From Desulfobacterales bacterium (GTDB taxonomy: Bacteria; Desulfobacterota; Desulfobacteria; Desulfobacterales; UBA5852), in NCBI GenBank assembly GCA_963674755.2, contig CAXXVS010000002.1:800001-864000 (forward strand): DNA of 64,000 nt, in the 5' to 3' direction. Positions 1 to 9,412 of the stretch are shown piece by piece; positions within the stretch are counted from its first letter, which is position 1; each line of letters begins with the position of its first letter. The position numbers and the translations under genes were made by a program. The notes beneath the pieces are model-generated. The model had not been told where the DNA came from and searched no databases. It was given only the letters and a program-made list of their open reading frames with translations.

Positions 1-711
1 CGGGATGTCCTGCTCTTCCAACACGGCTTCCATGAGGGCGTCGGAAAACATGGTGGCGGCATCGATGAGTTCCTCACGCCGCTGGGCAGCTTCTTCCTGC
101 AGGGATTCCGGAATGGCATCCAGGTGGAGGGTTTCGCCGTTGTCGCCATCGAAGTAAATGGCCTGCATGCGCACCAGGTCGACAACCCCTTCGAAATCCG
201 CCTCCAGGCCGATGGGAATCTGGAGCGCGATCGGTTGGTGGCCCAGTTTGTTGCGCAATTGGTCGATCACGCGGAATGGATTGGCCCCGCTGCGGTCGCA
301 CTTGTTGATAAAGGCGATCGAGGGCACCTTGTAACGCTTCATTTGCTGATCGACGGTGATGGACTGGGATTGCACCCCGCCCACGGCGCACAATACGAGG
401 ATGCCGCCGTCGAGCACCCGCAAAGACCGTTCCACTTCGATGGTAAAATCCACATGGCCCGGGGTGTCGATGATGTTGATCTCGTGACCCTGCCATTCAC
501 AATAGGTCGCCGCCGAAGCAATGGTAATTCCGCGTTCCTTCTCGAGCTCCATCGAATCCATGGTGGCGCCCACGCCGTCTTTGCCCTTGACGTCGTGGAT
601 GGCGTGGATGCGCTGGGTATAGAACAGGATGCGTTCCGTGAGCGTGGTCTTGCCGGAATCGATGTGAGCGCTGATGCCGATATTCCTAACCTTTTGAATG
701 TCCGCTTTCAT
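1..711 (-). CDS. fusA: Elongation factor G, 5' part (runs off window start); mtEFG1/spdEFG1-like subtype
   Basis: Not in the ORF track; translated by hand from ATG at 711: [69 protein letters not shown]...[23 protein letters not shown], with G1/G2/G3 motifs of EF-G. Confidence 0.96.
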   Translation of the reverse strand, partial: MKADIQKVRNIGISAHIDSGKTTLTERILFYTQRIHAIHDVKGKDGVGATMDSMELEKERGITIASAATYCEWQGHEINIIDTPGHVDFTIEVERSLRVLDGGILVLCAVGGVQSQSITVDQQMKRYKVPSIAFINKCDRSGANPFRVIDQLRNKLGHQPIALQIPIGLEADFEGVVDLVRMQAIYFDGDNGETLHLDAIPESLQEEAAQRREELIDAATMFSDALMEAVLEEQDIP

Positions 712-801
712 CTTGCAATCCTTTTGCAATCCTTATGGTATTGGGTGGTCAGGCTATCCCTCGGCGGGCAGGGTACGATCCCGCTCCTCCGAGAAGACCA
801 T

Positions 802-834
802 AAAAAAATCACCCGGACCAAGGATCCGGGCGAT
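802..834 (-). terminator. Intrinsic terminator-like hairpin in the fusA leader
   Basis: Minus strand ATCGCCCGGA-tccttgg-TCCGGGTGAT followed by a T-run (plus-strand A-run 802-808). Confidence 0.55.
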
Positions 835-867
835 GCATAACTGACATATCAATATTAGAAATAAATT

Positions 868-895
868 AATATATAATAAAAATAATGTTTGTCAA
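868..895 (-). promoter_or_regulatory. Sigma70-type promoter candidate for fusA
   Basis: Minus strand TTGACA (895-890), 16 nt, TATATT (873-868) in a very AT-rich patch. Confidence 0.5.
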
Positions 896-1192
896 TCAAA
901 ATTTGGGAGGGACGTTAGCCTTGATGTATAATTGTCGCATTGCGGACCACACTCTGCCGTCGCCGCTTTCGACAAGTTACAGTAACTGGCGCCTAAGACC
1001 GCCGCTTCCAGTCGCATTGCGGTCACATCCGCTTGCCTGATTTGTGCGGCTGCGCAGAAGAACGTAGGTCGCTCGGACGCCCCCGTCACAATGGCGAGCG
1101 CTGGTGCAGGCCAATACCCCTTTGCGCCACCTCCCCCGATTCAGTCATTGGACGAGCCGTGATTTAAGAACCGGTTCATCCGGCGTAGGCTT

Positions 1193-1546
1193 TTAGAGCT
1201 CCGGTGCGCCGGACGGAATCAGGCAGGCAAATACCAGTTTTTTGGCACTGCGATTGCGGACCTGATGCAATTCATTCCCCGGGATAAACACGACCGAGCC
1301 CGGTTTGACCGTTTGCCATTCGCCGTTCTGGTAGACGTCTCCCTCACCGGAATGGAAAAAGATTTCGTGCTCCCATTCGTGCTGGTGGCGAGGGGTAAAG
1401 CCCTCAGGAGAAAGCTCGAAGACCCGCATACAGAAATTGGCCGCTCCGTCAGCCTGTCCTATGACGACGCGACCTGTGACGCCGCGTACCTGCTCGCCAT
1501 CAAATGATTGCGGGGTTGCATCGGTATAATGGACGATTTTCATCAT
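1193..1546 (-). CDS. Cupin domain protein
   Basis: Cupin motifs TPRHQHEWEHEIF and FIPGNELHQVRN; 117 aa. Confidence 0.9.
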   Translation of the reverse strand: MMKIVHYTDATPQSFDGEQVRGVTGRVVIGQADGAANFCMRVFELSPEGFTPRHQHEWEHEIFFHSGEGDVYQNGEWQTVKPGSVVFIPGNELHQVRNRSAKKLVFACLIPSGAPEL

Positions 1547-1911
1547 GGGTTTCCTTTGCGAAGCAATCAGGGGTATGAGATTATCCTCGGCTCGCCCGCC
1601 GCCCCCTGGGGCAGCCGGGACGCTTCGTGGATGATGCCGCCGGCAGAGTGCTCATTTCATCTACGGTACCCATGGTAACCCCTTGGGCTTGGCTTGGCAA
1701 CGGTTATGACGCGATCGGTGGAACTCTTCCTAAAGTTTGAGGTGCAGGCAACCGAATAGATTTTCTGCCCCCAGATGATGCTTTGGTGCTCCCAGCGAGG
1801 ACGACCGTCGCGCGCCCTGTATTTGGAAGGCAGGCATTGCTTGACTAAGCTACGGTTTTGGGATCAAATAATGCTCATCTCAGTCCGGTATTGATGACTA
1901 AGGAGCCTGGC

Positions 1912-3783
1912 ATGGATATCAATGTTTGTTGTCCCGAAAAAGTGGTCTCGGCCGAAGAGGCCATTGCTAAAATCAAGCGGGGCAGCCGTGTGTTTGTCGG
2001 TACCGGATGCGGTGAACCCCAGCATCTCATTCGGAGTATGGTAAAAAACCCCCAATTACAGGACATCATGCTCTATCAGATGCTGTCTTACACCTTTGCG
2101 GACTACGTGGATGATCCAACCTTCGCGAATCGGTTCAATCTCAAGCTGTTTTTTATCAGCAAAATCATGCGCAAGGCCGCTTTCGAAGGCAAGATCGATT
2201 ATATCCCGGCCTATTTATCCAAGATTCCCCGTCTGTTTGCCAGCCATCGCATCGGTCTGGATGTCGCCTTGGTGCAGGTCAGCCCCCCCGACCATTTCGG
2301 TTATTGCAGTCTGGGCGTTTCCATCGATATTACCCGCTCGGCCATGGAACATGCCCATCTCGTCATTGCCCAAGTCAACCCTTGCATGCCGCGCACCTGG
2401 GGTGACAGTTTCGTGCATGTTGACGAGATCGACTATCTGGTTCCGAAGGACGAGCCTCTGGTCGAAACGATGGTCGATGTCGGGGATAACGAGATATCCA
2501 AGCGTATTGGCCATTTCGTCTCGGAGTTGGTAGAGGACGGCGCCACACTGCAAATCGGGTTCGGCTATTTGCCCAATGCTATTCTGCGCTATCTGGATCA
2601 TAAGCATGATCTCGGCATTCACACTCAGCTCATTACCGACGGTCTCCTGCCGCTTTTTAATAAAGGGGTCATCACCAATAAGAAGAAGACGCTTTTGCCT
2701 GGGAGAGTGGTTGCCTCCCTTTGCATGGGGTCGGAACAACTTTATCAGTTCGTGGACAACAACCCGGCCTTTTATTTCCGATCCTCGGAGTTCGTGAACG
2801 ATCCCACTGTTATTGCCCGTAATGATAACCTCGTTTCCATCAGTAGTGCCCTCGAAGTGGATCTCACCGGACAGGTCTGCTCGGATTCCATGGGCCACCT
2901 CTTTTACAGCGGTATCGGTGATCAGGTTGATTTCTTACGTGGTAGCGCCATGTCCAAAGGAGGGTTCTCCATCATTGCAATGCCCTCCACGGCTTGCAAC
3001 GGCAATGTATCGCGTATCGTTCCCTATCTCAGCGAAGGTTCCGGGGTGGCCACGACACGTGCCGATGTGAATTTCGTTGTTACTGAATACGGTATTGCCG
3101 AACTTCAGGGAAAAAGTATTTTTCAGCGTGTAATGGAACTCACCCAGATTGCCCACCCCAAGTTTCGTGATCAGCTAATCCAGACGGCCAAGGGCCGACA
3201 CTATATTTTCGCCGATCAATTGACGCCTACCCAAGAAGACCTTTTGTTTCTGGAAGGTTACAAATCGACGTTGAAGATTAAAAATGGAAAAACGTTGCAT
3301 TTTCGTCCGTTGCTGCCATCAGATGAATTTGCCTATCGCAATTTCTTCTACTCACTTCAGGAAGAGACTATTTATTACCGTTTCTTTTACCAAATGAAGT
3401 TGTTTTCCCATGAAGTCATCCAGAAGCAATGGGCTAGTGTCGACTACCGAAAAAATATGTCGATGATCGGATTGGTTCAAAGGGGTGGTCATCAGGAGAT
3501 TGTCGCGATCGGCACCTATGCCCAGGAAGACGCTACTAGCGCCGAGGTGGCTTTTGTGGTGCGCGAGGATTTTCAAGGTATGGGAATCGCGTCTTATTTG
3601 CTCAAAATATTGGAGGGGATTGCTAAGGAAAATGACTATGCGCGATTTACTGCAACGGTTTTGCAGGATAACCCGGGCATGTTGTCCGTATTCCGAAAAC
3701 GTTACCCGAAGGCCGAATTGAAAGCCACCGGAGGCAACGAGATCGCTGTCAAAATGGATTTCACACCCAGCGAGGAACCATAA
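1912..3783 (+). CDS. Acetyl-CoA hydrolase/4-hydroxybutyrate CoA-transferase family domain fused to a C-terminal GNAT acetyltransferase
   Basis: ALVQVSPPDHFGYCSLG, DGATLQIGFG, VVTEYGIAEL in the transferase fold; AEVAFVVREDFQGMGIASYLL in the GNAT. Start moved to ATG 1912 after an AAGGAG RBS. Confidence 0.9.
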   Translation: MDINVCCPEKVVSAEEAIAKIKRGSRVFVGTGCGEPQHLIRSMVKNPQLQDIMLYQMLSYTFADYVDDPTFANRFNLKLFFISKIMRKAAFEGKIDYIPAYLSKIPRLFASHRIGLDVALVQVSPPDHFGYCSLGVSIDITRSAMEHAHLVIAQVNPCMPRTWGDSFVHVDEIDYLVPKDEPLVETMVDVGDNEISKRIGHFVSELVEDGATLQIGFGYLPNAILRYLDHKHDLGIHTQLITDGLLPLFNKGVITNKKKTLLPGRVVASLCMGSEQLYQFVDNNPAFYFRSSEFVNDPTVIARNDNLVSISSALEVDLTGQVCSDSMGHLFYSGIGDQVDFLRGSAMSKGGFSIIAMPSTACNGNVSRIVPYLSEGSGVATTRADVNFVVTEYGIAELQGKSIFQRVMELTQIAHPKFRDQLIQTAKGRHYIFADQLTPTQEDLLFLEGYKSTLKIKNGKTLHFRPLLPSDEFAYRNFFYSLQEETIYYRFFYQMKLFSHEVIQKQWASVDYRKNMSMIGLVQRGGHQEIVAIGTYAQEDATSAEVAFVVREDFQGMGIASYLLKILEGIAKENDYARFTATVLQDNPGMLSVFRKRYPKAELKATGGNEIAVKMDFTPSEEP

Positions 3784-4184
3784 AAGAAGGCGCTTTGGTC
3801 AGCTTCAATTTAGCATGAACGGGAGGGAAGCGGCGCTGATTTGAATCGGGTTTACCCTGTTGAGGGGGATGAGAAATTTGAGTTTTTCCTTGATAAAGCG
3901 CTATTTTTTCTGCTATTTATGAAAAATCATGCGTCAATTTGGCATTTGTATCAGGTTTGGAAAAAAGGCCTGTAGGCCTTTTGACAGGCATAAGCCAAAA
4001 CGTGACCACGTTCGCATGCAATGCAAGATGCATGCGAAATTTCGCCAGCGTAGGTTATTCTTGAAACCGAAACCGCAGGATACCATGGATTTGCTTAAAA
4101 GGCTGGCCGTCAAAAGATCGATCGAACAAAAGATTACGAACCCTTACAGGGCGTGACCCATACATATTTAGGGAGGTACTTCAA

Positions 4185-4589
4185 TTGTCATATACGCTTG
4201 GGCAGAAACAGCTTGATAGTATAGACGAAATCCTTCAGACCGATTTGGTGGATATTGGCGTGCATTGCGTTTTCCTTATCGATATGTCTGGCAATATTAT
4301 TGCCAGTTTAGATGATGGTGAGAATAGACACGATATTTATTCGCTCGCGGCTCTGGCGGCCGGTAACTTTGGTGCGGTGAGCGCGATGGCCAAGATCATC
4401 GGTGAGGGCGAATTTTCATTGCTGTTTCATAAAGGTAAAAAAGAAAATATCCACTTTAGCAAGGTTTTGACCGAATTTTTATTGATTACGCTTTTTGGTA
4501 ATGACCTTTCGCTTGGTTTCTTGCGGTTGAAGGTTGCCGAATCGGTTGAAAAAATAAAAAAGATTTTAGAACCGATTCACACCCCATAA
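4185..4589 (+). CDS. mglB: Roadblock/LC7 protein, MglB-like GAP
   Basis: LIDMSGNII, SLAALAAGNFGA, GEGEFSLLFHKG, SLGFLRLKV; GGAGG RBS before the TTG start; adjacent to an MglA-like GTPase. Confidence 0.85.
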   Translation: MSYTLGQKQLDSIDEILQTDLVDIGVHCVFLIDMSGNIIASLDDGENRHDIYSLAALAAGNFGAVSAMAKIIGEGEFSLLFHKGKKENIHFSKVLTEFLLITLFGNDLSLGFLRLKVAESVEKIKKILEPIHTP

Positions 4590-4644
4590 CGCGCCGTTCT
4601 ATATCAATATAAATGACCGACCGCAAACGCTAGGTATAATCTCA

Positions 4645-5250
4645 ATGGCATTCGTCAATCTAAAGAAAAAAGAAGTTCAGGTTAAAATCGTCTATTATGG
4701 TCCCGGTAGAGGCGGAAAAACGACAAATCTTGAGTATATCTATGCAAAGTTCAATGAACGAATTCAGACTGAGATGGTGACCGTCAAGACACATGGTGAC
4801 CGAACGTTGTTCTTTGATTTTTTGCCGATCGATATCGGTAAAATTAATGGATATACCGCTAAGATGCAACTCTATACCGTACCGGGACAGGTCAAATACA
4901 ACGCAACGCGGCGGTTGGTTTTAAGAGGCGTCGATGGAATAGTGTTTGTGGCTGACTCAATGGCGGTGAGAAGAGAAAAGAATATTCTTTCGCTCAAGAA
5001 TCTTCATGAAAACTTAAAAAATTATAAAAAAAGTATTTTTTCCATCCCCTTGGTTTTTCAATACAACAAGGTCGATTTGGCCGAACAGGGGATACCGTTG
5101 CTGCCGTTTGCGACCATGGAAAAAGATCTCAACAGTCAACTCAAACGCCCTGCTTTCGAAGCCAGCGCGGTAACGGGATCAAATGTTGTTCCTACCCTGA
5201 AAAAGATTATTACAATGACCATGGCCTCGATAAAGGACGAATTAAAATAG
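4645..5250 (+). CDS. mglA: MglA-family small GTPase
   Basis: KIVYYGPGRGGKTTNL, DRTLFFDFLP, YTVPGQVKY, QYNKVDL, FEASA: MglA-type G1-G5 motifs. Confidence 0.93.
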   Translation: MAFVNLKKKEVQVKIVYYGPGRGGKTTNLEYIYAKFNERIQTEMVTVKTHGDRTLFFDFLPIDIGKINGYTAKMQLYTVPGQVKYNATRRLVLRGVDGIVFVADSMAVRREKNILSLKNLHENLKNYKKSIFSIPLVFQYNKVDLAEQGIPLLPFATMEKDLNSQLKRPAFEASAVTGSNVVPTLKKIITMTMASIKDELK

Positions 5251-5260
5251 GAGGATACTG

Positions 5261-5950
5261 TTGAAGAGCGATGCCAAACAAAGCAAAGTAGATAGCGATT
5301 TGGCGGATCGACTTGATACCCTTTTTGATGAAACCGATTCAGATGAGAGTTCCGCCCACAAAAAAGGCCAATCGAATGATCCTCTGGATGAACTCAAGTC
5401 GCTGGTCATGTCGATTGAATGGGAAATTACCGATGAGGTGATGGAGCGCTTCCTATCCCAAATTGATTTCCTTAAAACGCGTTTTGAAGAAGACCGCATT
5501 CTGGTCATGTTCCTTCAGTTGTTGGGCTCGCTTGGGTTGTATATCAAGACGAATAAGGGCAAGGCGCATCCCAACGCTTTCAAACTATTGAATTCCGTGT
5601 ATTCAGGTTTTGAAGATGCCACCTCGCCGGGGAAATTGTCCCCTTCGGAAAAGAAGAAACTGCTTTATGTCGAGCTGAACAAATACAAAGAACTAAAGGA
5701 ACAGATCGAATCAACGCGGAGCCCTGAAAACGAACCGCCGCGAATACCAGAGACGGTTGCCGGACGAGGCAGTGGACAAAAAGCAGCTGCCAATGAAACC
5801 CGTCAAATGGCCAACGTTAGCGAATCAGCACATAGTGGCCTGCTATCCCAAGCACATTTCGATGAAGTTGTAGATGCGATGAAAGCATTGATTTTGAAAG
5901 AACTATCCGGAATACGCGAAGATATAGCACGTTTGGCTAAGTCCAAATAA
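5261..5950 (+). CDS. Hypothetical helical protein in the mgl locus
   Basis: 229 aa ORF, GGAGG RBS, 10 nt after mglA; no motif recognised. Confidence 0.75.
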   Translation: MKSDAKQSKVDSDLADRLDTLFDETDSDESSAHKKGQSNDPLDELKSLVMSIEWEITDEVMERFLSQIDFLKTRFEEDRILVMFLQLLGSLGLYIKTNKGKAHPNAFKLLNSVYSGFEDATSPGKLSPSEKKKLLYVELNKYKELKEQIESTRSPENEPPRIPETVAGRGSGQKAAANETRQMANVSESAHSGLLSQAHFDEVVDAMKALILKELSGIREDIARLAKSK

Positions 5951-6058
5951 ACGCATGCGATTTTGTGAGTGTTATAGCGATTAAGTTCATAGACATAGGA
6001 GGAGCTAATAACGACTGGCAATTGCGACGCGATGTTGAAGAATATAGGGAGGTAAACG

Positions 6059-6529
6059 ATGGATTTTGCGTCCGGTGATATTTCTGTGCTCGTTTTCAAA
6101 CCAGTCGTAAGGGACGATGTAGGGAATTTTTCCCTCGATGGCCACATGTTGAGCGTCCTCATGGCGTTGGATGGAGAAAAAACGCTTGGCCAAATTGCCC
6201 AGCAGGCCAACCTAAACATGGCGACGATCAGGGAGGCTGTCAGAAAACTTTTCGAGCTTAAACTGGTCGAAATCATAAAACAAGATATTCAGTTTCTCGA
6301 CCAGGATTTTATATCGTTTTTAATTTCCGAAATGTCGCTCGCCATCGGCCCCCTCGGAGAGGTGATTGTCGAGGATGGTATCGAGGATCTGGGGTATAGC
6401 AAAACCACCTTTCCAACGAACCGCGCGGCCGAGTTAATCAACATGCTGGCGCGAGAAATCCAAAGGGATGAAAAGAGAACCGAATTCAAGCAGAGCATGG
6501 TAAACAAAATTAGAGAAAAAGGCTACTGA
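6059..6529 (+). CDS. Hypothetical protein with a probable N-terminal winged HTH
   Basis: LSVLMALDGEKTLGQIAQQANLNMATIREAVRKLFELKLVE fits a wHTH pattern; GGAGG RBS. Confidence 0.7.
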   Translation: MDFASGDISVLVFKPVVRDDVGNFSLDGHMLSVLMALDGEKTLGQIAQQANLNMATIREAVRKLFELKLVEIIKQDIQFLDQDFISFLISEMSLAIGPLGEVIVEDGIEDLGYSKTTFPTNRAAELINMLAREIQRDEKRTEFKQSMVNKIREKGY

Positions 6530-6673
6530 AGAGAATGTATCTAAAATCCGAACTGATAGTACAGGGCACTGACGGTTGTCTGGAAAATGGAGAAACGAAA
6601 TTTATTCCGAGAAATGTAAAAAATGTTCTGCTATGTTGTCGATACAGCGATACCGTAGATAAGGAGTGCGGCT

Positions 6674-8029
6674 ATGATCGTTATTTGTGAAGAGTGCGGA
6701 AAAAAATATAAAATCGACCCCGCGAAAATTAAAGGCGAACAAGCACGATTCAAATGCAAAGCGTGCTCGCATATTATTACCGTAAAAAAGCAAGAACCAG
6801 TTGAACAGAGCGTACCCGAACTGGAACCTGTATTCGAATCCCAACCGGTGCTTGAAGATGTCGACAAAAGTAGTGGTTATCAGGCCGAAGAGACAACGCC
6901 GGACCAAGCCGCGGAGCCGTCAGCACCTTCAACCGCTAAGCGGGTCGCGCGTCGCAAAAAAAAGACGGGCATGGGACTCACCAGCAAGGTCATTCTGTTG
7001 ATGCTTCTGGTCAGCTTGGTGCCGGGCGCGATTTATTTTATCATTTCCTTCAAACAGACCAATGATCGCATCGTGCAAGACACCACGCGTTTTGGTACCC
7101 AAACCACGAATGCCTTGGCCAATGAAGTCAGCGAATGGGTCGATAAGAATGTTCGCGTCCTTAATACTGTGGCTCAGCTGCCAGGTATTCAATCAATGAA
7201 TCGATTCGAGCAAGAGATTCTTCTCAAGGCCGTGCAGAAGGAATACCCCTGGATGTATCTTGTTTTTACGACGGATATCAATGGAATGAATATCGCCCGT
7301 AATGACGACAAGGACCTTAGAGACTATTCCGACCGGCAATATGTTCAAGACATTACCTCCGGCAAGGCACTTGCCTGGCAGAATTTGATCGGGAAAACAT
7401 CTAAACAGCCAGCTTTGGTTATCGCTGTTCCCATTCAAAAAAACGGCCAGACGATCGGTGTAATGGCCGCGGCAATGACACGTGACACCATCAGCAAAAG
7501 AATTGCGAACTGGCGTGAAGGTAAAACCGGATATGCGTTTTTGGTCGATCAAGACGGCAAGGCGTTGGCTCATCCTAAAAAGGCATTTGTCGAGCAGCAG
7601 AAAGATTTAAGCCAGGATCCTCTGGTTAAGGCTGCGCAAGCCCGAAAGAGCGGCCTGATAGAGTTTACCGATGCCGACGGACAGGCCGAAATAGGCTTTG
7701 CCCAGAAAACCCCCCTGGGATGGACACTTGCCATTCAACAATCGAAGGCAGAGGCTTTTGCTCTTCTTAAAGAAGCACAAATATTTGCGCTTATTTTGAT
7801 GGGGGCCACTTTCATCATCGTTGTGGCGATCGCCTATATTGCGAGCCGTGCTATAGTAATGCCCATCCGCAAGTTGACGGATGCCGCGAACCGCATCAGT
7901 GTCGGCGAGTTAGGGGTTGAAATAAAAACGACGTCGAAGGATGAAATCGGTGATTTGGCGGAAGCTATTACGCGCATGCAGGATAGTATCCGCTTGTCCA
8001 TTGAAAGGCTTAGACGTCGTCGAAGGTGA
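6674..8029 (+). CDS. Membrane sensor: MJ0042-type zinc ribbon, TM, dCache, TM, HAMP; no output domain
   Basis: MIVICEECGKKYKID...FKCKACSH; two hydrophobic segments; Cache motifs DYSDRQYVQ and GKTGYAFLVDQDGKALAHP; HAMP PIRKLTDAANRISVGEL...DEIGDLAEAITRM followed closely by the stop. Confidence 0.88.
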   Translation: MIVICEECGKKYKIDPAKIKGEQARFKCKACSHIITVKKQEPVEQSVPELEPVFESQPVLEDVDKSSGYQAEETTPDQAAEPSAPSTAKRVARRKKKTGMGLTSKVILLMLLVSLVPGAIYFIISFKQTNDRIVQDTTRFGTQTTNALANEVSEWVDKNVRVLNTVAQLPGIQSMNRFEQEILLKAVQKEYPWMYLVFTTDINGMNIARNDDKDLRDYSDRQYVQDITSGKALAWQNLIGKTSKQPALVIAVPIQKNGQTIGVMAAAMTRDTISKRIANWREGKTGYAFLVDQDGKALAHPKKAFVEQQKDLSQDPLVKAAQARKSGLIEFTDADGQAEIGFAQKTPLGWTLAIQQSKAEAFALLKEAQIFALILMGATFIIVVAIAYIASRAIVMPIRKLTDAANRISVGELGVEIKTTSKDEIGDLAEAITRMQDSIRLSIERLRRRRR

Positions 8030-8126
8030 CGTTATCGGTCGATTACGGGATACTCATGAAACCCAGCCCAATTTATAAAATACAATCAGGCTGGGAAACG
8101 ACCCCACCAATTGGAAAGTGTAGTTA

Positions 8127-9128
8127 ATGATTGTAATACCTAAAGAGAACCCTGTTATCGCTAACTTAAACAGTTACTATGTTCAGGTTGATCGGCTTAT
8201 CGAGCACTTTCAAGGCGAAGTCGGGTGCGGTTGCTTGCATTTTCACTCACTATCGTCGGAAGGGATTTTGTTTTTTGATAAAGACGAAGTCCTCAACGGA
8301 CTATTTTTACAGAAGAAAGGAACAATATCAGGTAAGCCAGCTATTGACGCCCTAATCAAATCGTCTGCAGAAACCAATTATGCTTTAAACGTCTATATTC
8401 TACGGTCAGAAGATATCTACTTCTGGTCGACGATTCCGGAGGCTAAGAGAATTTATCAGGACCTTACCACGGAATTTACCGATCTAGAAGGTTTGATAAA
8501 AAAAATGACCTCCGAAGGGCTAACCGGGTTTATTGAAGTGGTTATTAAGGAAAACAATGGGGGCGGGCTCGTTTTTTTTAACAATGGCGGTATTTCCGGT
8601 GGCTCCTATTCATGGGGCAGAGGTGATAGTACCAGGGGAAAAGCTGACCATGACAGACTAATCCAATTAACCAAGGACTATGGCGGTGCTTTTCATGTGA
8701 GCCGTATATCGATGACCGGAAACGATAAGCCTCTTGAAGAAGACGTTGATCTGGAACCAGAAGAACTTAGTGAAAAGCCTTCCAGCAGGATTGTAACCGC
8801 AATGGGAGAAATGATTGCCATATTTGAACGCACTGTCAAATCTATGAAAAATGTGAATTCTGATTTTGCAACTATGTTAAATCGCAAATTTGTTGAGAAA
8901 GCAGATCGTTATCCTTTTCTAGATCCTTTTGCCGCCGAGTTCAAATATGCAAACGAGGAAATTGTTTTTGATGGTGTTACAACCGACGAGGAATTGACGA
9001 GAGGCATCCTGGAGTCTATTGCCGAACTATCCGTTGAGTTAAACGTCTCGCAACAATTCAAAAATAACCTCATCACATGGATGAAGAAATATAAGGAAGA
9101 GGTCCAAACCTACGGCATTAGCTTTTAA
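8127..9128 (+). CDS. Hypothetical protein with two DUF4388/PATAN-like repeats
   Basis: Internal repeat: NLNSYYVQVDRLIEHFQGEVGCGCLHF..EGILFFDKDEV vs DLTTEFTDLEGLIKKMTSEGLTGFIEV..GGLVFFNNGGI. Confidence 0.6.
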   Translation: MIVIPKENPVIANLNSYYVQVDRLIEHFQGEVGCGCLHFHSLSSEGILFFDKDEVLNGLFLQKKGTISGKPAIDALIKSSAETNYALNVYILRSEDIYFWSTIPEAKRIYQDLTTEFTDLEGLIKKMTSEGLTGFIEVVIKENNGGGLVFFNNGGISGGSYSWGRGDSTRGKADHDRLIQLTKDYGGAFHVSRISMTGNDKPLEEDVDLEPEELSEKPSSRIVTAMGEMIAIFERTVKSMKNVNSDFATMLNRKFVEKADRYPFLDPFAAEFKYANEEIVFDGVTTDEELTRGILESIAELSVELNVSQQFKNNLITWMKKYKEEVQTYGISF

Positions 9129-9412
9129 TCGTCAGTCCAAAATCAGCTGTCTTTCGCTTCTTCATTGATATCCGAAATCCATAAAAGGGTTTTGGACCTC
9201 ATCCTTACAGAAGCCAATTATGATTCTGTTAAATGCTGAGGAAGGGGGCCGGAATGACCGGCTTAAAAAGTCTACAACCTTTTTACGGCAGTTTCCTTTC
9301 CAGTGGTTTGAAACGCTTCATCAATAAGGGAGTGCCTAAAAGGAATTGGCTCTATTTGCGACGTTTATGAGAATGGATGCTTCTCTCAGCTTACGCCAAG
9401 TGCTAGGACGCC

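Noticed and set aside
124..840. 238 aa plus-strand ORF in the track
   Set aside because: Antisense shadow of fusA, which is clearly encoded on the minus strand.
935..1026. Direct repeat GTCGCATTGCGG occurring twice in the fusA-cupin spacer
   Set aside because: Only two short copies, with no array structure or associated genes.
1731..1758. Sigma28-like promoter TAAAGTTT..ACCGAATA before the CoA-transferase-GNAT gene
   Set aside because: Spacing is one base off and the -10 match is imperfect; not supportable without TSS data.
3929..4156. 75 aa ORF upstream of mglB
   Set aside because: No RBS or motif, and it overlaps a palindrome-rich probable regulatory region.
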